The notes: generated from the sequence alone by a model not told the origin. DNA of 62,165 nucleotides, filler included, from Candidatus Delongbacteria bacterium (GCA_016937995.1; 3 parts of 3 records of this genome joined end to end with filler, not necessarily neighbours in it); one strand, 5' to 3'; positions 46,888-58,362 are shown, numbered from the whole stretch's first letter. Translations and numbers: made by a program.

Positions 46888-48903
46888 CTAACTATCCAGC
46901 GCTTCTCTTACCGCTATGGACAGCTCTCTTTTTAAGAAAGGTTTCATTATAACATGCTTTATAGGAAGTACATCAACTCTGGTTTCATTTAACAGTTTGC
47001 TAAAGCCGGTGCACAGAATTATAGGCAGGTCCGGGTTTATCTCAAGTAGCTCCTCAGCCAATTCTATCCCTGTAATACCAGGCATAGATATATCTGTAAT
47101 GACCAGATCAAAATGATCAGGATCATTCCTGAATATCTTCAAAGCTTCATTACCTCTAAAACTGGTAGTAACAGAATAACCCAGCTCTGATAAGATCATC
47201 TTACCGAGTGCAGTGATCTGTTCTTCATCATCAATAAATAATATATTTTCATTACCGGTGGGAATTTCCTGTGAATTCTCTTCCACAACTTTCTCATATT
47301 CAAGTTCATTATACGGAAACATAATACTGAAAGTTGTTCCTTTACCAACTTCACTGTAAACCGAAATAGTACCATTCAGATTTTTTACGATTCCGTCAAT
47401 GACAGCAAGACCCAGACCTGTACCTTCACCTACTTTTTTTGTTGTATAGTATGGTTCAAAAATTCGATCCATCTCATTTTTCTTTATACCGATACCCGTA
47501 TCAGAAATGACCAGTTTAAGATAACTTCCCGGTGATATATCATAACCGTTTTGCTCAACATCAAATTCAGTTATGTTCTTATATTCCAGAGATATCCCTA
47601 AAATACCTCCTTTATCCTGCATAGCTTGAAAAGAATTTGTACATAGGTTCATTACGATCTGATGGATTTGAGTAGGATCAGCCATGACCGTACCTTGAAG
47701 CGTATTGATATCCTGCTTGATGTCGATAGTACTTGGTATAGATGCTCTTAATAATTTCAATGCTTCTTTTACTATGAGATCGATCCTTACAGGAATAAGT
47801 TCCTGCTCGGTCTTTCGACTTAATGTAAGGATTTGCCTAACAAGATCTTTTGCTCTGTTTCCTGCTCTTAGCACTTCTTTCAATTTAACGCTTGTTGTAT
47901 TGTTATCCTGCAGTTCCATCTTAGCCAGTTCTGTGTAACCCAGTATCGCTGTTAAAATATTGTTAAAATCATGAGCTATCCCACCTGCCAGAGTTCCAAT
48001 AGCTTCCATTTTCTGAGATTGCCTTAATTGTCTTTCCATTTGATTATGAACAGTCATGTCCCTTTTGATCGCAAAATACCCGTGATTCTTATTATCGCTG
48101 TTCCTCATAGGTGATATCGTACTGTCTTCCTCTATCAGTGAACCGTCCTTTCTTTTGTTCACTATCATTCCTCTCCATACATTACCGTTGGTAATAGTTT
48201 CCCAGAGTTCCTTGTATATTTTTTCAGACTGTTTTCCACTTTTTAATAATCTTGGATTTTGACCGATAACTTCAGCAGAAGTGTAACCTGTAATTCTCTC
48301 AAATGCCGGATTTACATATGTAATATTCCCGTCAAGATCAGTTATAATAATATCTTCTTCAGTTTGTTCAAGGATCATAGCCAGTCGATTAATTTCAGAA
48401 ATCCTCTCCTCTATTATGCTCTCCTGCTCCTGATTTATCTTTTTCAACTCCTTTTCAGCTTTTAACCTTAAGAATACTTCCTCAAATAATTTTTCATTTT
48501 TTTCTTCGAGTTCTTTTTGTATATCTGTAAGCTTAAGATGTGTTTTTATCCTTGCCAGAAGTTCATGAGGGTTGAATGGTTTTGTTATATAATCTACTCC
48601 CCCGCTTTCAAAACCCCTGATTATACTTTCTGAATCAGTTTTTATCGTTAGAAATAGTATCGGTATCTTTTTATATTCATCATTAGCTTTTATTTTTTCA
48701 CAAAGTTCAAAACCATTAATCTCAGGCATTATGACATCCAGTAAAATAATATCCGGTAATTCTTTCGACAGGATATTAAGAGCTTCCTCACTAGTAGTTG
48801 CAAAAGATAAGATATATCCTTCATTCTGCAAAAAATTTCCGACAACCTGGATATTCTTTGGAGTATCATCTATTATCAATACCTTGTATTTTTTTGTAAA
48901 CAT
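46888..48903 (-). CDS. Hybrid histidine kinase REC-PAS-HisKA-HATPase-REC
   Basis: N-terminal receiver (IIDD..LLDVIMP), PAS (YVNPAFE), AHDFNNIL and C-terminal receiver (ITDISMP). Confidence 0.92.
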   Translation of the reverse strand: MFTKKYKVLIIDDTPKNIQVVGNFLQNEGYILSFATTSEEALNILSKELPDIILLDVIMPEINGFELCEKIKANDEYKKIPILFLTIKTDSESIIRGFESGGVDYITKPFNPHELLARIKTHLKLTDIQKELEEKNEKLFEEVFLRLKAEKELKKINQEQESIIEERISEINRLAMILEQTEEDIIITDLDGNITYVNPAFERITGYTSAEVIGQNPRLLKSGKQSEKIYKELWETITNGNVWRGMIVNKRKDGSLIEEDSTISPMRNSDNKNHGYFAIKRDMTVHNQMERQLRQSQKMEAIGTLAGGIAHDFNNILTAILGYTELAKMELQDNNTTSVKLKEVLRAGNRAKDLVRQILTLSRKTEQELIPVRIDLIVKEALKLLRASIPSTIDIKQDINTLQGTVMADPTQIHQIVMNLCTNSFQAMQDKGGILGISLEYKNITEFDVEQNGYDISPGSYLKLVISDTGIGIKKNEMDRIFEPYYTTKKVGEGTGLGLAVIDGIVKNLNGTISVYSEVGKGTTFSIMFPYNELEYEKVVEENSQEIPTGNENILFIDDEEQITALGKMILSELGYSVTTSFRGNEALKIFRNDPDHFDLVITDISMPGITGIELAEELLEINPDLPIILCTGFSKLLNETRVDVLPIKHVIMKPFLKRELSIAVREALDS

Positions 48904-48933
48904 TTTATCCTCCGAAATTTGATAGTTCTTTTG

Positions 48934-51900
48934 TTATACAACTCCTTCACACTTATCAATTATATCCTCAAAACTTCCCAACAATCTCTTGATGTTCTCG
49001 ATATCAAAATTGTTAACGGCATTTTTCAATTCTTTGGAAAATTTTGAAATTGTGTTGGAATTATGCTGAACTGATAATTTTTCAAGTTCAGATGAAAATT
49101 CTTTGATATCATCAAGATTTTGTTTTTCAATTGAATTTCTGTATTTATTAAAGATCTCTCCCTTGAGTTTTCTGAAAAATATTTCAGGATCTTTCAATTC
49201 TTCGTCCAGAATATAAATCTCCTTTGTATCCTGTTTAACTGTGAAAGGAATGAATTCTCTGAACTTGTTCAATAACTCTTTTCTGGAAATCGGTTTTCTT
49301 AAATAACCGCTGAATCTAGATCTTTCCAGTTTAACACTTTCACTTGACATCACAGATGCAGTAACAGCAATGACCGGAATATTCACTAAACTATTATCCG
49401 ACTTAATTTTGCTTATAGCCTCATATCCATCCATTTCAGGCATTCGTATATCCATCAATATGATATCAGGAACATAGAATTTTGCCATTTCAACAGCTTC
49501 CTTTCCATTAACAGCTTCAAAAACTTCAAAACCATGTTCCTCGCATAATTCTCTCAAAAGAATTCTGTTAGATTCAACATCATCAGCGATCAATATCTTT
49601 CTCTTTTCAAAAACAATATTCTCGAAGGTGTTTTCATCATGATCAACTTTTTTTATTTCACTGTCTATATGAACTTTCAGAAGATCAATTATGAATTTAG
49701 TACCCTTGTTCAATTCACTTTGAACTTGAATACTACCATTCATCATTTTTACCAGATTACTTGTAATTGCTAGTCCAAGACCTGTTCCTTTTGTAATTCT
49801 TTTAATTTTCGGATCTGATACCTGTACGAAAGGTTTGAATATTTTTTTCAAGTTCTCCGGGCTCATGCCCATCCCGCTATCTTCAATGATCAACCTGATA
49901 TCAGTATATCTTGGTTTAATATTTCTGAATTCTGTGATAAGCTTAATGTATCCTTTATTTGTAAATTTGATAGAATTGCTTATAAGGTTGAAAAGTATCT
50001 GTCTAAGTCTGCTTTCATCGAGAACTATCATATTAGTAATATCAGACTTGTGTTCGATTAAGAACTCAAGCCCTTTTAACTTTAGTTCCTTTTCAAAAAA
50101 TTGCTCGATCTCATAGACGGTACTTACCAAATTAAAGCTGGAATATTGTAATTCCATTTTTTTTGCTTCTATCTTTGAGATATCAAGTATATCATTGATC
50201 AGATTCAATAATGTGTTCCCGCCAGCTTTTATTGTCGAGATATAGCTTAATTGTTTACTTGTCAAAGGTGTCTTTTCCATAAGTTCGGTAAATCCGATTA
50301 TTGCATTCATCGGAGTTCTTATCTCGTGGCTCATATTCGCCAAGAACTCACTCTTGGCATTTGTAGCTTTCTCGGCAACATTCTTTGCTTTAACCAATTC
50401 GATCTCAGTTTTTTTCCTCAGATCTATCTCTCTGGCCAGTCTCCTGTTCCAGAAAAAAATGAATATCATTACTACCAAAGAAAAAATTATTACTTTCCAT
50501 ACAAGTGCATAATCTATAAGATCGCCTTCTTTGCCATGCCATTTTTCGAAAATTGAATTTTTTTCCTCAATAGAAATAGTAGCAATAGATTTATTAATTA
50601 TGCCCAGTAAAATTCTGTTATACTTTGATACTCCGATCTTATAATCACGGGAATATTCTGTAACTCCAACTACTTTCAGTGCTGTCAGCATCTTTTCTTT
50701 CTTGGAGTACTGAAATTCTGAATAGTGTCTTAAGAAAAGATCTATCTTTTTCTTTACAAGGTCGTTATAAGCAATGTCAGGATCCGAATAATAATAAAGT
50801 TGAATTTCCGGATAATCCCTTTTGATCAACTCTGTCTCTGAAGTTCCTTCTTGCACACCCAGTTTTAAATTTCCCACTTTTTCCAACCCATCGACAAAAT
50901 CCTGATCATTACGTCCAATAATAATAACTTGTGAAGTGAACAGCACATCAGAAAAATCCATGTATTTTGCTCTTTCAGTAGTTTCAGAAACCCCGTCTAT
51001 AATATCAATAGCTCCGGATTGCATGAGTTTTAATGTTTCTGCCCAGTTCTCACTTCTTACCCTCTCAAATTTTATGCCTGATCTTTCTGAAATAATGCTC
51101 CAAAGATCAGCTATAATCCCAACGTAATTACTATCCTGATCATACATTGAGTTCGGTGGCCAATAAGGATCACCTGAAATTTTAATCACAGGATTTTCTC
51201 CCAACCACTCATTTTCCCTTGTATTAATCTCGATCTTTCTGGTAGACAGGATCGATTCACCAAACCATTTGTTCCTGAATTCCCTGTTTTGTTTTTCAGG
51301 AATACTTCTGAGCACTTTGTTTACTATATTCAGCAATATTGTATCATTCTTAGTTACACCGATCGAAATTTTAGCTCTCCAGTCCGGAAGTTCATTGACG
51401 ACCTTAAGGTTTGTAATTAGTTCTTCCTGGGATATATGTGTAAATGCTGGTAAGTTTCCAATATAAGCATCAGCTTGACCGAAAGATACTGCCTCAATAC
51501 ATTCTTTGTTTGATGATTTTAATACCGGAAATACTTTTATCCCTGAAGCATTTATATACTCATGGATGTATGAGTCTTTATTAACTGCGATCGTTTTACC
51601 TTTAAGATCATTGAATTTCTTTATATCATCTCTGTCCGATTTTATAATTATCACTAAAGGAACATCTATGAACGGATCTGAAAATTTTAAAAATTCATCC
51701 CTGTTATTTGTTCTTACTACCGCAGAGATACCTTCATAAATTCCTTTCTTTGCATTCTCCAGTACAAATGACCACACACCCGGAACCACATTGATCTTGA
51801 TCCCGGTCTTCTTTTCAATAACGTTAATATAATCAGCTGACAGACCGGTATGTTTATCATTCTTATCAGCAAAATCAAATGGAGGCCATTTAAAATCAGC

Positions 51901-52746
51901 ACCAAAAGTAATTTCCTTGTTCGATTCGAGCCATCTCTTCTCTTCTTTTGAAAATTTAATCACACCATTTCCGGGATTGAAGGAATACAGATATTTAATA
52001 TCGCTTAACCATTTTGTAGAGATCGAATCAAATTCTTCCTTTGTAATGCTGTTCAGTCCTTCATTTATCAAATTCAACAGCTTATCATTTCCTTTTTTAA
52101 CAGAACCACGGTAGGACCTTTTGTATCCTTCTATAAAATCAAGTTGAATATAATGATTGCTTAGTTTATTTGATAGAAGATAATATTCGAGGTTCTCTTT
52201 AGGAGCAACGAACACTTTTAACTGTCCGCTTGTAGCCTCATCGAACAGATCAGTGTAATCTTCAAAAACTTCCAAAGTTTGCTCGGGATATTTTTTTTCT
52301 ATATAACTCGCAGTGTATCCTTTGGGAACTCCGATCTTGTACGCAAGTATATCATTCACATTCATGGATCTGCTGTAGCATCCTCTGTCTATGAAATAAC
52401 TGTACTCAGCATTCATAATACTTTTAGTAAAATCGAAGTCTTTATTTCTGTCTTCACTATGAAACAGTCCTGCATGGATATCAGCTTTGCCCTGCTTTAC
52501 CATTGACAGTGTACTGTCCCATGTAGCTGAGATAAATTTTATTTTTATTCCTGTTTTTTTAGACCATAGTCTCCAGAGATCAATTAATATGCCATCTGAT
52601 TCACCTTTTTCATTAACGAACTTAAATGGAGGATTATCAAGATTATGAGCAATGGTTACGGATCTGAATTCTTTGATCTGAGCAAATGACATTTGAAATA
52701 GAACAAATATCGTAAGAATGAAAAATATGAAATTATCTCGTTTCAT
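48934..52746 (-). CDS. BvgS/EvgS-like membrane hybrid kinase with three periplasmic SBP family 3 domains
   Basis: Three PP(F/N)...G...D-x-W/I repeats, a TM helix, FLANMSHEIRTPMN, GTGLGL and receiver LMDIRMP. Confidence 0.9.
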   Translation of the reverse strand: MKRDNFIFFILTIFVLFQMSFAQIKEFRSVTIAHNLDNPPFKFVNEKGESDGILIDLWRLWSKKTGIKIKFISATWDSTLSMVKQGKADIHAGLFHSEDRNKDFDFTKSIMNAEYSYFIDRGCYSRSMNVNDILAYKIGVPKGYTASYIEKKYPEQTLEVFEDYTDLFDEATSGQLKVFVAPKENLEYYLLSNKLSNHYIQLDFIEGYKRSYRGSVKKGNDKLLNLINEGLNSITKEEFDSISTKWLSDIKYLYSFNPGNGVIKFSKEEKRWLESNKEITFGADFKWPPFDFADKNDKHTGLSADYINVIEKKTGIKINVVPGVWSFVLENAKKGIYEGISAVVRTNNRDEFLKFSDPFIDVPLVIIIKSDRDDIKKFNDLKGKTIAVNKDSYIHEYINASGIKVFPVLKSSNKECIEAVSFGQADAYIGNLPAFTHISQEELITNLKVVNELPDWRAKISIGVTKNDTILLNIVNKVLRSIPEKQNREFRNKWFGESILSTRKIEINTRENEWLGENPVIKISGDPYWPPNSMYDQDSNYVGIIADLWSIISERSGIKFERVRSENWAETLKLMQSGAIDIIDGVSETTERAKYMDFSDVLFTSQVIIIGRNDQDFVDGLEKVGNLKLGVQEGTSETELIKRDYPEIQLYYYSDPDIAYNDLVKKKIDLFLRHYSEFQYSKKEKMLTALKVVGVTEYSRDYKIGVSKYNRILLGIINKSIATISIEEKNSIFEKWHGKEGDLIDYALVWKVIIFSLVVMIFIFFWNRRLAREIDLRKKTEIELVKAKNVAEKATNAKSEFLANMSHEIRTPMNAIIGFTELMEKTPLTSKQLSYISTIKAGGNTLLNLINDILDISKIEAKKMELQYSSFNLVSTVYEIEQFFEKELKLKGLEFLIEHKSDITNMIVLDESRLRQILFNLISNSIKFTNKGYIKLITEFRNIKPRYTDIRLIIEDSGMGMSPENLKKIFKPFVQVSDPKIKRITKGTGLGLAITSNLVKMMNGSIQVQSELNKGTKFIIDLLKVHIDSEIKKVDHDENTFENIVFEKRKILIADDVESNRILLRELCEEHGFEVFEAVNGKEAVEMAKFYVPDIILMDIRMPEMDGYEAISKIKSDNSLVNIPVIAVTASVMSSESVKLERSRFSGYLRKPISRKELLNKFREFIPFTVKQDTKEIYILDEELKDPEIFFRKLKGEIFNKYRNSIEKQNLDDIKEFSSELEKLSVQHNSNTISKFSKELKNAVNNFDIENIKRLLGSFEDIIDKCEGVV

Positions 52747-52920
52747 TGAATTCTCTTAGAATTTTCAAAACTTTGTAACTTTCTGGTAGAAAATATTTAT
52801 ATATCAAGTTCTTTTTCAACTCAGGTGGAAAATACTGTACTTTGTTAATATCATGAATTAATCTGGTGTACACAAGAAAAAAGTATTGTGTTATTTGCTT
52901 ATATGATTATCTGATCGCTG

Positions 52921-53039
52921 TCAGGAGATTAAAATCGCATCTATAGCATTTTTTATTTCAGATAACCTGAATGGTTTAGTGACGGCATTTAAAATCCGTA
53001 CTTTTTGTAATTCATTATAACAGGATCATTATTTTGCAT
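52921..53039 (-). pseudogene. Frameshifted remnant of a receiver-domain C-terminus
   Basis: Reads NDPVIMNYKKYGF, then after a 1-nt shift NAVTKPFRLSEIKNAIDAILIS*. Confidence 0.55.
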
Positions 53040-53206
53040 TTCAACTGTGAGTTCAAAACTATTTTATCTTTGTCTGAATCGAAAACTTCTCCTTCAACCG
53101 CAAGTAAACGAATAACACTGAAGCATACCTTTACGTATCTCTTAAAATAATTTTATCATTCTAAGTAGAAAAAATAACATTATGTTTTTATACCGGGTTG
53201 TTTTGA

Positions 53207-56200
53207 CTACAACACCGTTTTTACACTCTTCCCCATCATCTTGAGGCATTTCTCTGTAAAATTGAATTTATCCATGTCTTTATCCATTACAAAATTTACG
53301 ACTTCACCATCTTTTTCAACTGTTAGCTCCACTGATGGATCTTTCATTAATTCAATAACATTCTCCTGGACCATCAGAGCCGTCTCAGTATGCTTGATCT
53401 CATCCATTTCTTCCAGATTGAAAGTAAACTTAAGAACATCGTTTTTTCCATATTTTGTCAAAGAAATGTTCTTAATAAGAAGATTTCCACCAAGTATTGA
53501 AAGATAAACGTTACTGAAGAGGTTTACCGCTTCAGGTGGAAGAATTCCAAATCTGTCCCTTACCTCTGTTCTAATATCGTTAAGGTCGTCAACTGAATAG
53601 CAATTCATCATTCTTCTGTATATTTCCACCCTTTCTGATGCATCATCAACATAATACTCAGGCAGATATATCTCATTCTGTAAATTTATAGATGATTTTA
53701 TCATTCTGACAGGAGTATCAATATGTCTCAGAACATCTGAAAATTCTTCTTCTTTCAGCTCTGAAACAGCCTCCTCCATTATTCTTGTATAGAGGTCAAA
53801 TCCAACAGTTTCTATGAACCCGCTCTGCTCTCCACCCAGAAGATTACCTGCACCTCTGATCTCAAGATCTTTCATAGCTATCTGGAAACCTGATCCCAGA
53901 TCAGTAAAATGACTTACTGTTTCCAGCCTTTTTCTGGCAATTGGTGATATTGACCCTGATGGGGGAGCTAAAAAATACGCATAGGCCTGTCTGGAAGATC
54001 TGCCGATTCTACCTCTTAGCTGATATAACTGGGATAACCCGAACATATCCGCTCTGTTCACGATCATAGTATTAACGTTAGGAATATCAACACCATTCTC
54101 GACTATAGTGGTGGCTAATAGAACATCATACTTTTTGTACATGAAATCATACATTATCTTTTCAAGTTCGGCAGGCTTCATCTGACCGTGAGCTATTGCG
54201 ATAGAAACATCCGGAACGATCTTATTTATTGACACTCTTATTGTTTCTATCGTTTCAACCCTGTTATGAATGAAAAATACCTGACCACCACGGTCAACTT
54301 CTTTCATTATCGCTTCAAAAATTATCTTTTCATCATAAGGGTGAATCTCAGTTATGATAGGAAGTCTGTTCACCGGTGGAGTATTTATCAGGCTGAGGTC
54401 CCTTACACCTATAAGCGACATATGGAGTGTCCTCGGGATTGGAGTAGCTGTCAGGGTCATAACATCAACATTAACTCTGAGCTCTTTGATTTTCTCTTTA
54501 TGCTTAACACCAAATCTCTGCTCCTCATCTACGATCAAAAGACCTAGGTCTTTAAATTCAACATCTGATGATAACAGCCTGTGAGTTCCGATTATTATAT
54601 CAATTTTACCTTCTTTAAGACCTGTCAGTGTTTTTCTCTGGTCGGAAGGTTTTCTGAATCTTGACAGAACATCCACTTTCAAAGGATATCTTTCCATCCT
54701 GTTCTTAATATTTTCGTAGTGCTGATGCACTAAAATGGTCGTAGGAGCTAGAATTGCCACCTGCTTACCGGCGATCGCTGCTTTGAATGCTGCTCTGATA
54801 GCGACCTCTGTTTTCCCGAAGCCAACATCTCCACAAACAAGCCTGTCCATTGGAATTCTGGATTCCATATCCCTTTTAAAATCTTCAACGGCATTTGCCT
54901 GATCAGGAGTATCTTCGAATTCAAATGAAGCTTCAAGTTCAGTCTGCCATATCGCATCTGCAGGAAAAGCATATCCCTTTGCTTCTTTTCTTCTGGCATA
55001 AAGTTTTATAAGTTCTCTTGCTATTGACTTGACACTGTTCTTTGTTTTTTCCTTAAGGTTCTTAAATTGCTTACCACCAAGTTTAGACAAAGCAGGCACT
55101 ACACCGTCTCTTGCACTATACTTCTGGATCATGTGTATCATATCCAGCTTAACGAACAGGATATCTCCGTCTTTGTAAAGCAACTTAACAACATCTCTTA
55201 CCGAACCGGCAACTCTGATCTTTTCCAAACCTAAGAACTGACCTATTCCATGATCCATATGAACAATGACATCTCCGTATTGAAGTCTTTTAAGTTCTCT
55301 GAGAGGTATTGCTTTTTTGAACCTGCGGAAATTCCTGGTCCTTTTCAACCTTCCGAATATCTGATGATCCGTATAGACAGCTATATTCGATGATGGAAGA
55401 ATAAAACCTTCGTGGATACCCACAGTTGTCACAGAACAGTTCTTAACTCCGGGTAATTCTTCATCGAGTATCTCTTCAAATCTTTCAGTCTGTCCCGGAT
55501 TATCACATAAAATGTATGAATAATACCCTTTCATCGAATTATTATCCAGTGAAGTAAGAAAAGATTTAAAATCATACCTGTATGATACCTGGTCTACGAT
55601 ATCCAGTTTTATATCTTTACCTGTATCAGTAAAACCGTTAACGATCAGATTTTTACTATCCAGATGTTTCAAAATTTCATCAGGTGAAAAATATTTTTCT
55701 TTGTAAGGTAATTCCACCTTGGCCGAACGGTTAAAACCCTCTATGATCTGCTGTTTGTAATAATCTTCAAATTTAGATCTGATATCATCACACTCTTCTA
55801 TAAATACAACAGTTTCAGGATCCAGTATTTCCAGCAGATTACGTCCGGTTGTGGTATTTATGCCGGCATCAGAGAGAAATATGTTTATCTTTCCTATCTC
55901 TCTGATCTTTTTCTGATCGACCGGATCAAAAAATCTGAGCGATTCTATCTCAGTGTCGAATAATTCTATCCTGACAGGACTTTCCAGAGCAAACGGATAA
56001 ATATCGATAATATTACCCTTAACTGAATACTCTCCGATATTCTCCACAGTACTGACTTTTATAAAGCCTTTTTCATCAAGCTTTTCAATAAGATCTTTAA
56101 GTGAAATTTCTTTACCGGTTTTAAATTCATACATACTGTCTTTGTAGTCATCTTCAGTAGGTATTTTATCAAAAAGGTTTCTAAAGGTTGAAATTATGAT

Positions 56201-56566
56201 CTGATATTTTTTAGTCAGTATCTTTTCAAGAGCAAGAAGTCTGTTACCTTTACGTTCATCATCTATACTGCTTGAGCAATATGGATAATTCTCAGCAGGC
56301 AGGTAAACCTCACAGTCATCTCTATTCTTCAGGATAGAGAACAGGTCATCTCTTGCTTTCTCTGCACTTTCAACCGTATCAGCAAGGAATATCACTTTCT
56401 TTTTTAAATTTTCATATATGAAAGCCATAAAAAAAGACTTTAAAGAGTATGTAATGCCTTTAGTGTGAACTTTATTCTTGATCTGCAGCTGTTTTGCTGT
56501 TTCAGCAAAAAGTGGATTTGAAAATATCTGCTTTTTTATCCTGTTGGAAGGCATTTTAGTACTCAC
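53207..56566 (-). CDS. mfd: Transcription-repair coupling factor
   Basis: VHMDHGIG, PMDRLVCGDVGFGKTE, VDEEQRFGV, LTATPIPRT and QLRGRIGRS. Confidence 0.96.
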   Translation of the reverse strand: MSTKMPSNRIKKQIFSNPLFAETAKQLQIKNKVHTKGITYSLKSFFMAFIYENLKKKVIFLADTVESAEKARDDLFSILKNRDDCEVYLPAENYPYCSSSIDDERKGNRLLALEKILTKKYQIIISTFRNLFDKIPTEDDYKDSMYEFKTGKEISLKDLIEKLDEKGFIKVSTVENIGEYSVKGNIIDIYPFALESPVRIELFDTEIESLRFFDPVDQKKIREIGKINIFLSDAGINTTTGRNLLEILDPETVVFIEECDDIRSKFEDYYKQQIIEGFNRSAKVELPYKEKYFSPDEILKHLDSKNLIVNGFTDTGKDIKLDIVDQVSYRYDFKSFLTSLDNNSMKGYYSYILCDNPGQTERFEEILDEELPGVKNCSVTTVGIHEGFILPSSNIAVYTDHQIFGRLKRTRNFRRFKKAIPLRELKRLQYGDVIVHMDHGIGQFLGLEKIRVAGSVRDVVKLLYKDGDILFVKLDMIHMIQKYSARDGVVPALSKLGGKQFKNLKEKTKNSVKSIARELIKLYARRKEAKGYAFPADAIWQTELEASFEFEDTPDQANAVEDFKRDMESRIPMDRLVCGDVGFGKTEVAIRAAFKAAIAGKQVAILAPTTILVHQHYENIKNRMERYPLKVDVLSRFRKPSDQRKTLTGLKEGKIDIIIGTHRLLSSDVEFKDLGLLIVDEEQRFGVKHKEKIKELRVNVDVMTLTATPIPRTLHMSLIGVRDLSLINTPPVNRLPIITEIHPYDEKIIFEAIMKEVDRGGQVFFIHNRVETIETIRVSINKIVPDVSIAIAHGQMKPAELEKIMYDFMYKKYDVLLATTIVENGVDIPNVNTMIVNRADMFGLSQLYQLRGRIGRSSRQAYAYFLAPPSGSISPIARKRLETVSHFTDLGSGFQIAMKDLEIRGAGNLLGGEQSGFIETVGFDLYTRIMEEAVSELKEEEFSDVLRHIDTPVRMIKSSINLQNEIYLPEYYVDDASERVEIYRRMMNCYSVDDLNDIRTEVRDRFGILPPEAVNLFSNVYLSILGGNLLIKNISLTKYGKNDVLKFTFNLEEMDEIKHTETALMVQENVIELMKDPSVELTVEKDGEVVNFVMDKDMDKFNFTEKCLKMMGKSVKTVL

Positions 56567-56583
56567 TGAAAATTAAACAAAAT

Positions 56584-56608
56584 AAAAGGCGAAGATCATT
56601 CGCCCTTT
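56584..56608 (-). terminator. Possible terminator
   Basis: GGCGAA-gatca-TTCGCC hairpin with flanking A and T tracts. Confidence 0.55.
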
Positions 56609-56633
56609 AAACAGCTATTCTAGTTTTTTTAAT

Positions 56634-56972
56634 CTATGATAATTTCTTGTCTTTTGAAATTCCGCTGTCATTGATAAGAGAAATAATACCGTCTGATATC
56701 AAAATATAGACTAATAAAGCTAAAGCGATCCTGGTCAAATAAGGGAACATCGCTGCTCTGATCCCGAAAAAATTATCAAATGTTGCGGTTACGATCATAA
56801 TGAAGAAAAAGAAATAAATTATAGCCCAGAGGATATTATTGATCCTCATATTTTTTGCTTTCAATGAACCATCTTCAAAATTATGCTGTTTTTTAATTAC
56901 CTCAGGTACGATCAAACCAAAAGTTCCGATCAATATCACGTATGCTAATAATTTATTTTTTGTACCTTTCAT
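56634..56972 (-). CDS. Small hypothetical membrane protein (3 TM)
   Basis: GAGG RBS and three hydrophobic segments. Confidence 0.65.
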   Translation of the reverse strand: MKGTKNKLLAYVILIGTFGLIVPEVIKKQHNFEDGSLKAKNMRINNILWAIIYFFFFIMIVTATFDNFFGIRAAMFPYLTRIALALLVYILISDGIISLINDSGISKDKKLS

Positions 56973-57194
56973 TTATTACCTCTTTTGATTTCATGGGAAA
57001 ATAAGAAAATATTTTAATTTTAACAAGTTGTTATACGTTTGTTTTTGATTTCGTGTTCAAAATGAATGTAATAATTGATTTTGGTAGGGAATGTTGACTG
57101 ACGAGGTGATGAAAAACATAAATACATTAATCATTTAAATTCTTTTGTTAATCCCTTATATTTCCTTTTGAAATTAAAATTCGAGGCAACAAAA

Positions 57195-58271
57195 ATGAAT
57201 TTAAAGGTGATCATAATATTCTTAACGACTATCATATCATTTATATACTTTTTCTCCTTCTTCAGCCTGAGAATGTTTTATTCACTCGCTGAGAAAAAAT
57301 TAACCTGGAAAGCCAATTTCGGATACACTGCTCTGATCGTGATGGGTTTATTCATGATAATGACAATAGCAAGGTATTTTGATATAAAATTTTTCAGTGA
57401 TGTTTTTTTCTATAGTACAATAGTGATCATATACACTTTGTTAATTTCTCTGATATTAAAGCCAATGTCAATGATAATAAGATCAAGTCCAACAATTAAT
57501 CTATCAATTCTATTCGGTCTTTTAGTACTGTTTTTTATCGTAGGCATTTACAATGCGTACCAGTTAACAGTAAAAAAGGTTGAATTTTCTTCCGGTAAAA
57601 TTACAAAAGAATATAATTTTGTTCTTCTCAGTGATACTCATATCGGCTCTAACTCCCCCAAATTTTTTCACAAGATAATGGAGAGTGTGTGTGATCTGAG
57701 ACCCGATGCTGTATTTATAACCGGGGATTTCATCGATGAAAGGTACATTACTCTTGATGATATAAGGGTAATTGAAGATGCTCACTGCCCGTTTTACTTT
57801 ATTACAGGGAATCATGAGGTTTATGCGGATAAGCACAACGGTTTCTTTTACGGTTTGAAAAATTTTCATAAATTCGAATTAGATTCTACTGTAACGGAAT
57901 TTAATAATGAGATCAATATAACCGGTTTCCCTTGGGGAAATATGAGAATGAACAATTCCGGATTTTACGAAGAACTGATGAAAAGAACTGTGATCGATCC
58001 GACTAAATACAATATCCTGCTCAATCATGAACCTTCATCAGTGAAAATGATATCAGAGAACAAAATTGACCTGATGCTATCGGGACATACTCACAACGGA
58101 CAAATGTTCCCGTTTAAGTATTTAGTAAAATTACGTTACGAAAATATTTACGGGAAATATAAGATCGGTAACATGGACCTTTATGTAACTTCCGGAACTG
58201 CCACCTGGGGACCTAAGATCAGATTCGGAACTCAGAATGAGATAGTACAGATAATTTTAAAACCTGAATAA
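57195..58271 (+). CDS. Membrane-anchored metallophosphoesterase (YkuE/YaeI-like)
   Basis: SDTH, TGDFID, GNHE, NHEP and SGHTHNGQ motifs with N-terminal TM helices. ATG 57195 is preferred over TTG 57168. Confidence 0.88.
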   Translation: MNLKVIIIFLTTIISFIYFFSFFSLRMFYSLAEKKLTWKANFGYTALIVMGLFMIMTIARYFDIKFFSDVFFYSTIVIIYTLLISLILKPMSMIIRSSPTINLSILFGLLVLFFIVGIYNAYQLTVKKVEFSSGKITKEYNFVLLSDTHIGSNSPKFFHKIMESVCDLRPDAVFITGDFIDERYITLDDIRVIEDAHCPFYFITGNHEVYADKHNGFFYGLKNFHKFELDSTVTEFNNEINITGFPWGNMRMNNSGFYEELMKRTVIDPTKYNILLNHEPSSVKMISENKIDLMLSGHTHNGQMFPFKYLVKLRYENIYGKYKIGNMDLYVTSGTATWGPKIRFGTQNEIVQIILKPE

Positions 58272-58362
58272 TGACTTTTATTTCAAGTACATTATAATAT
58301 TGATTTTAATTACCTGCTTACATATATTTACCTAGTTAACTTCAATCTTACAGCTGAAAAAT

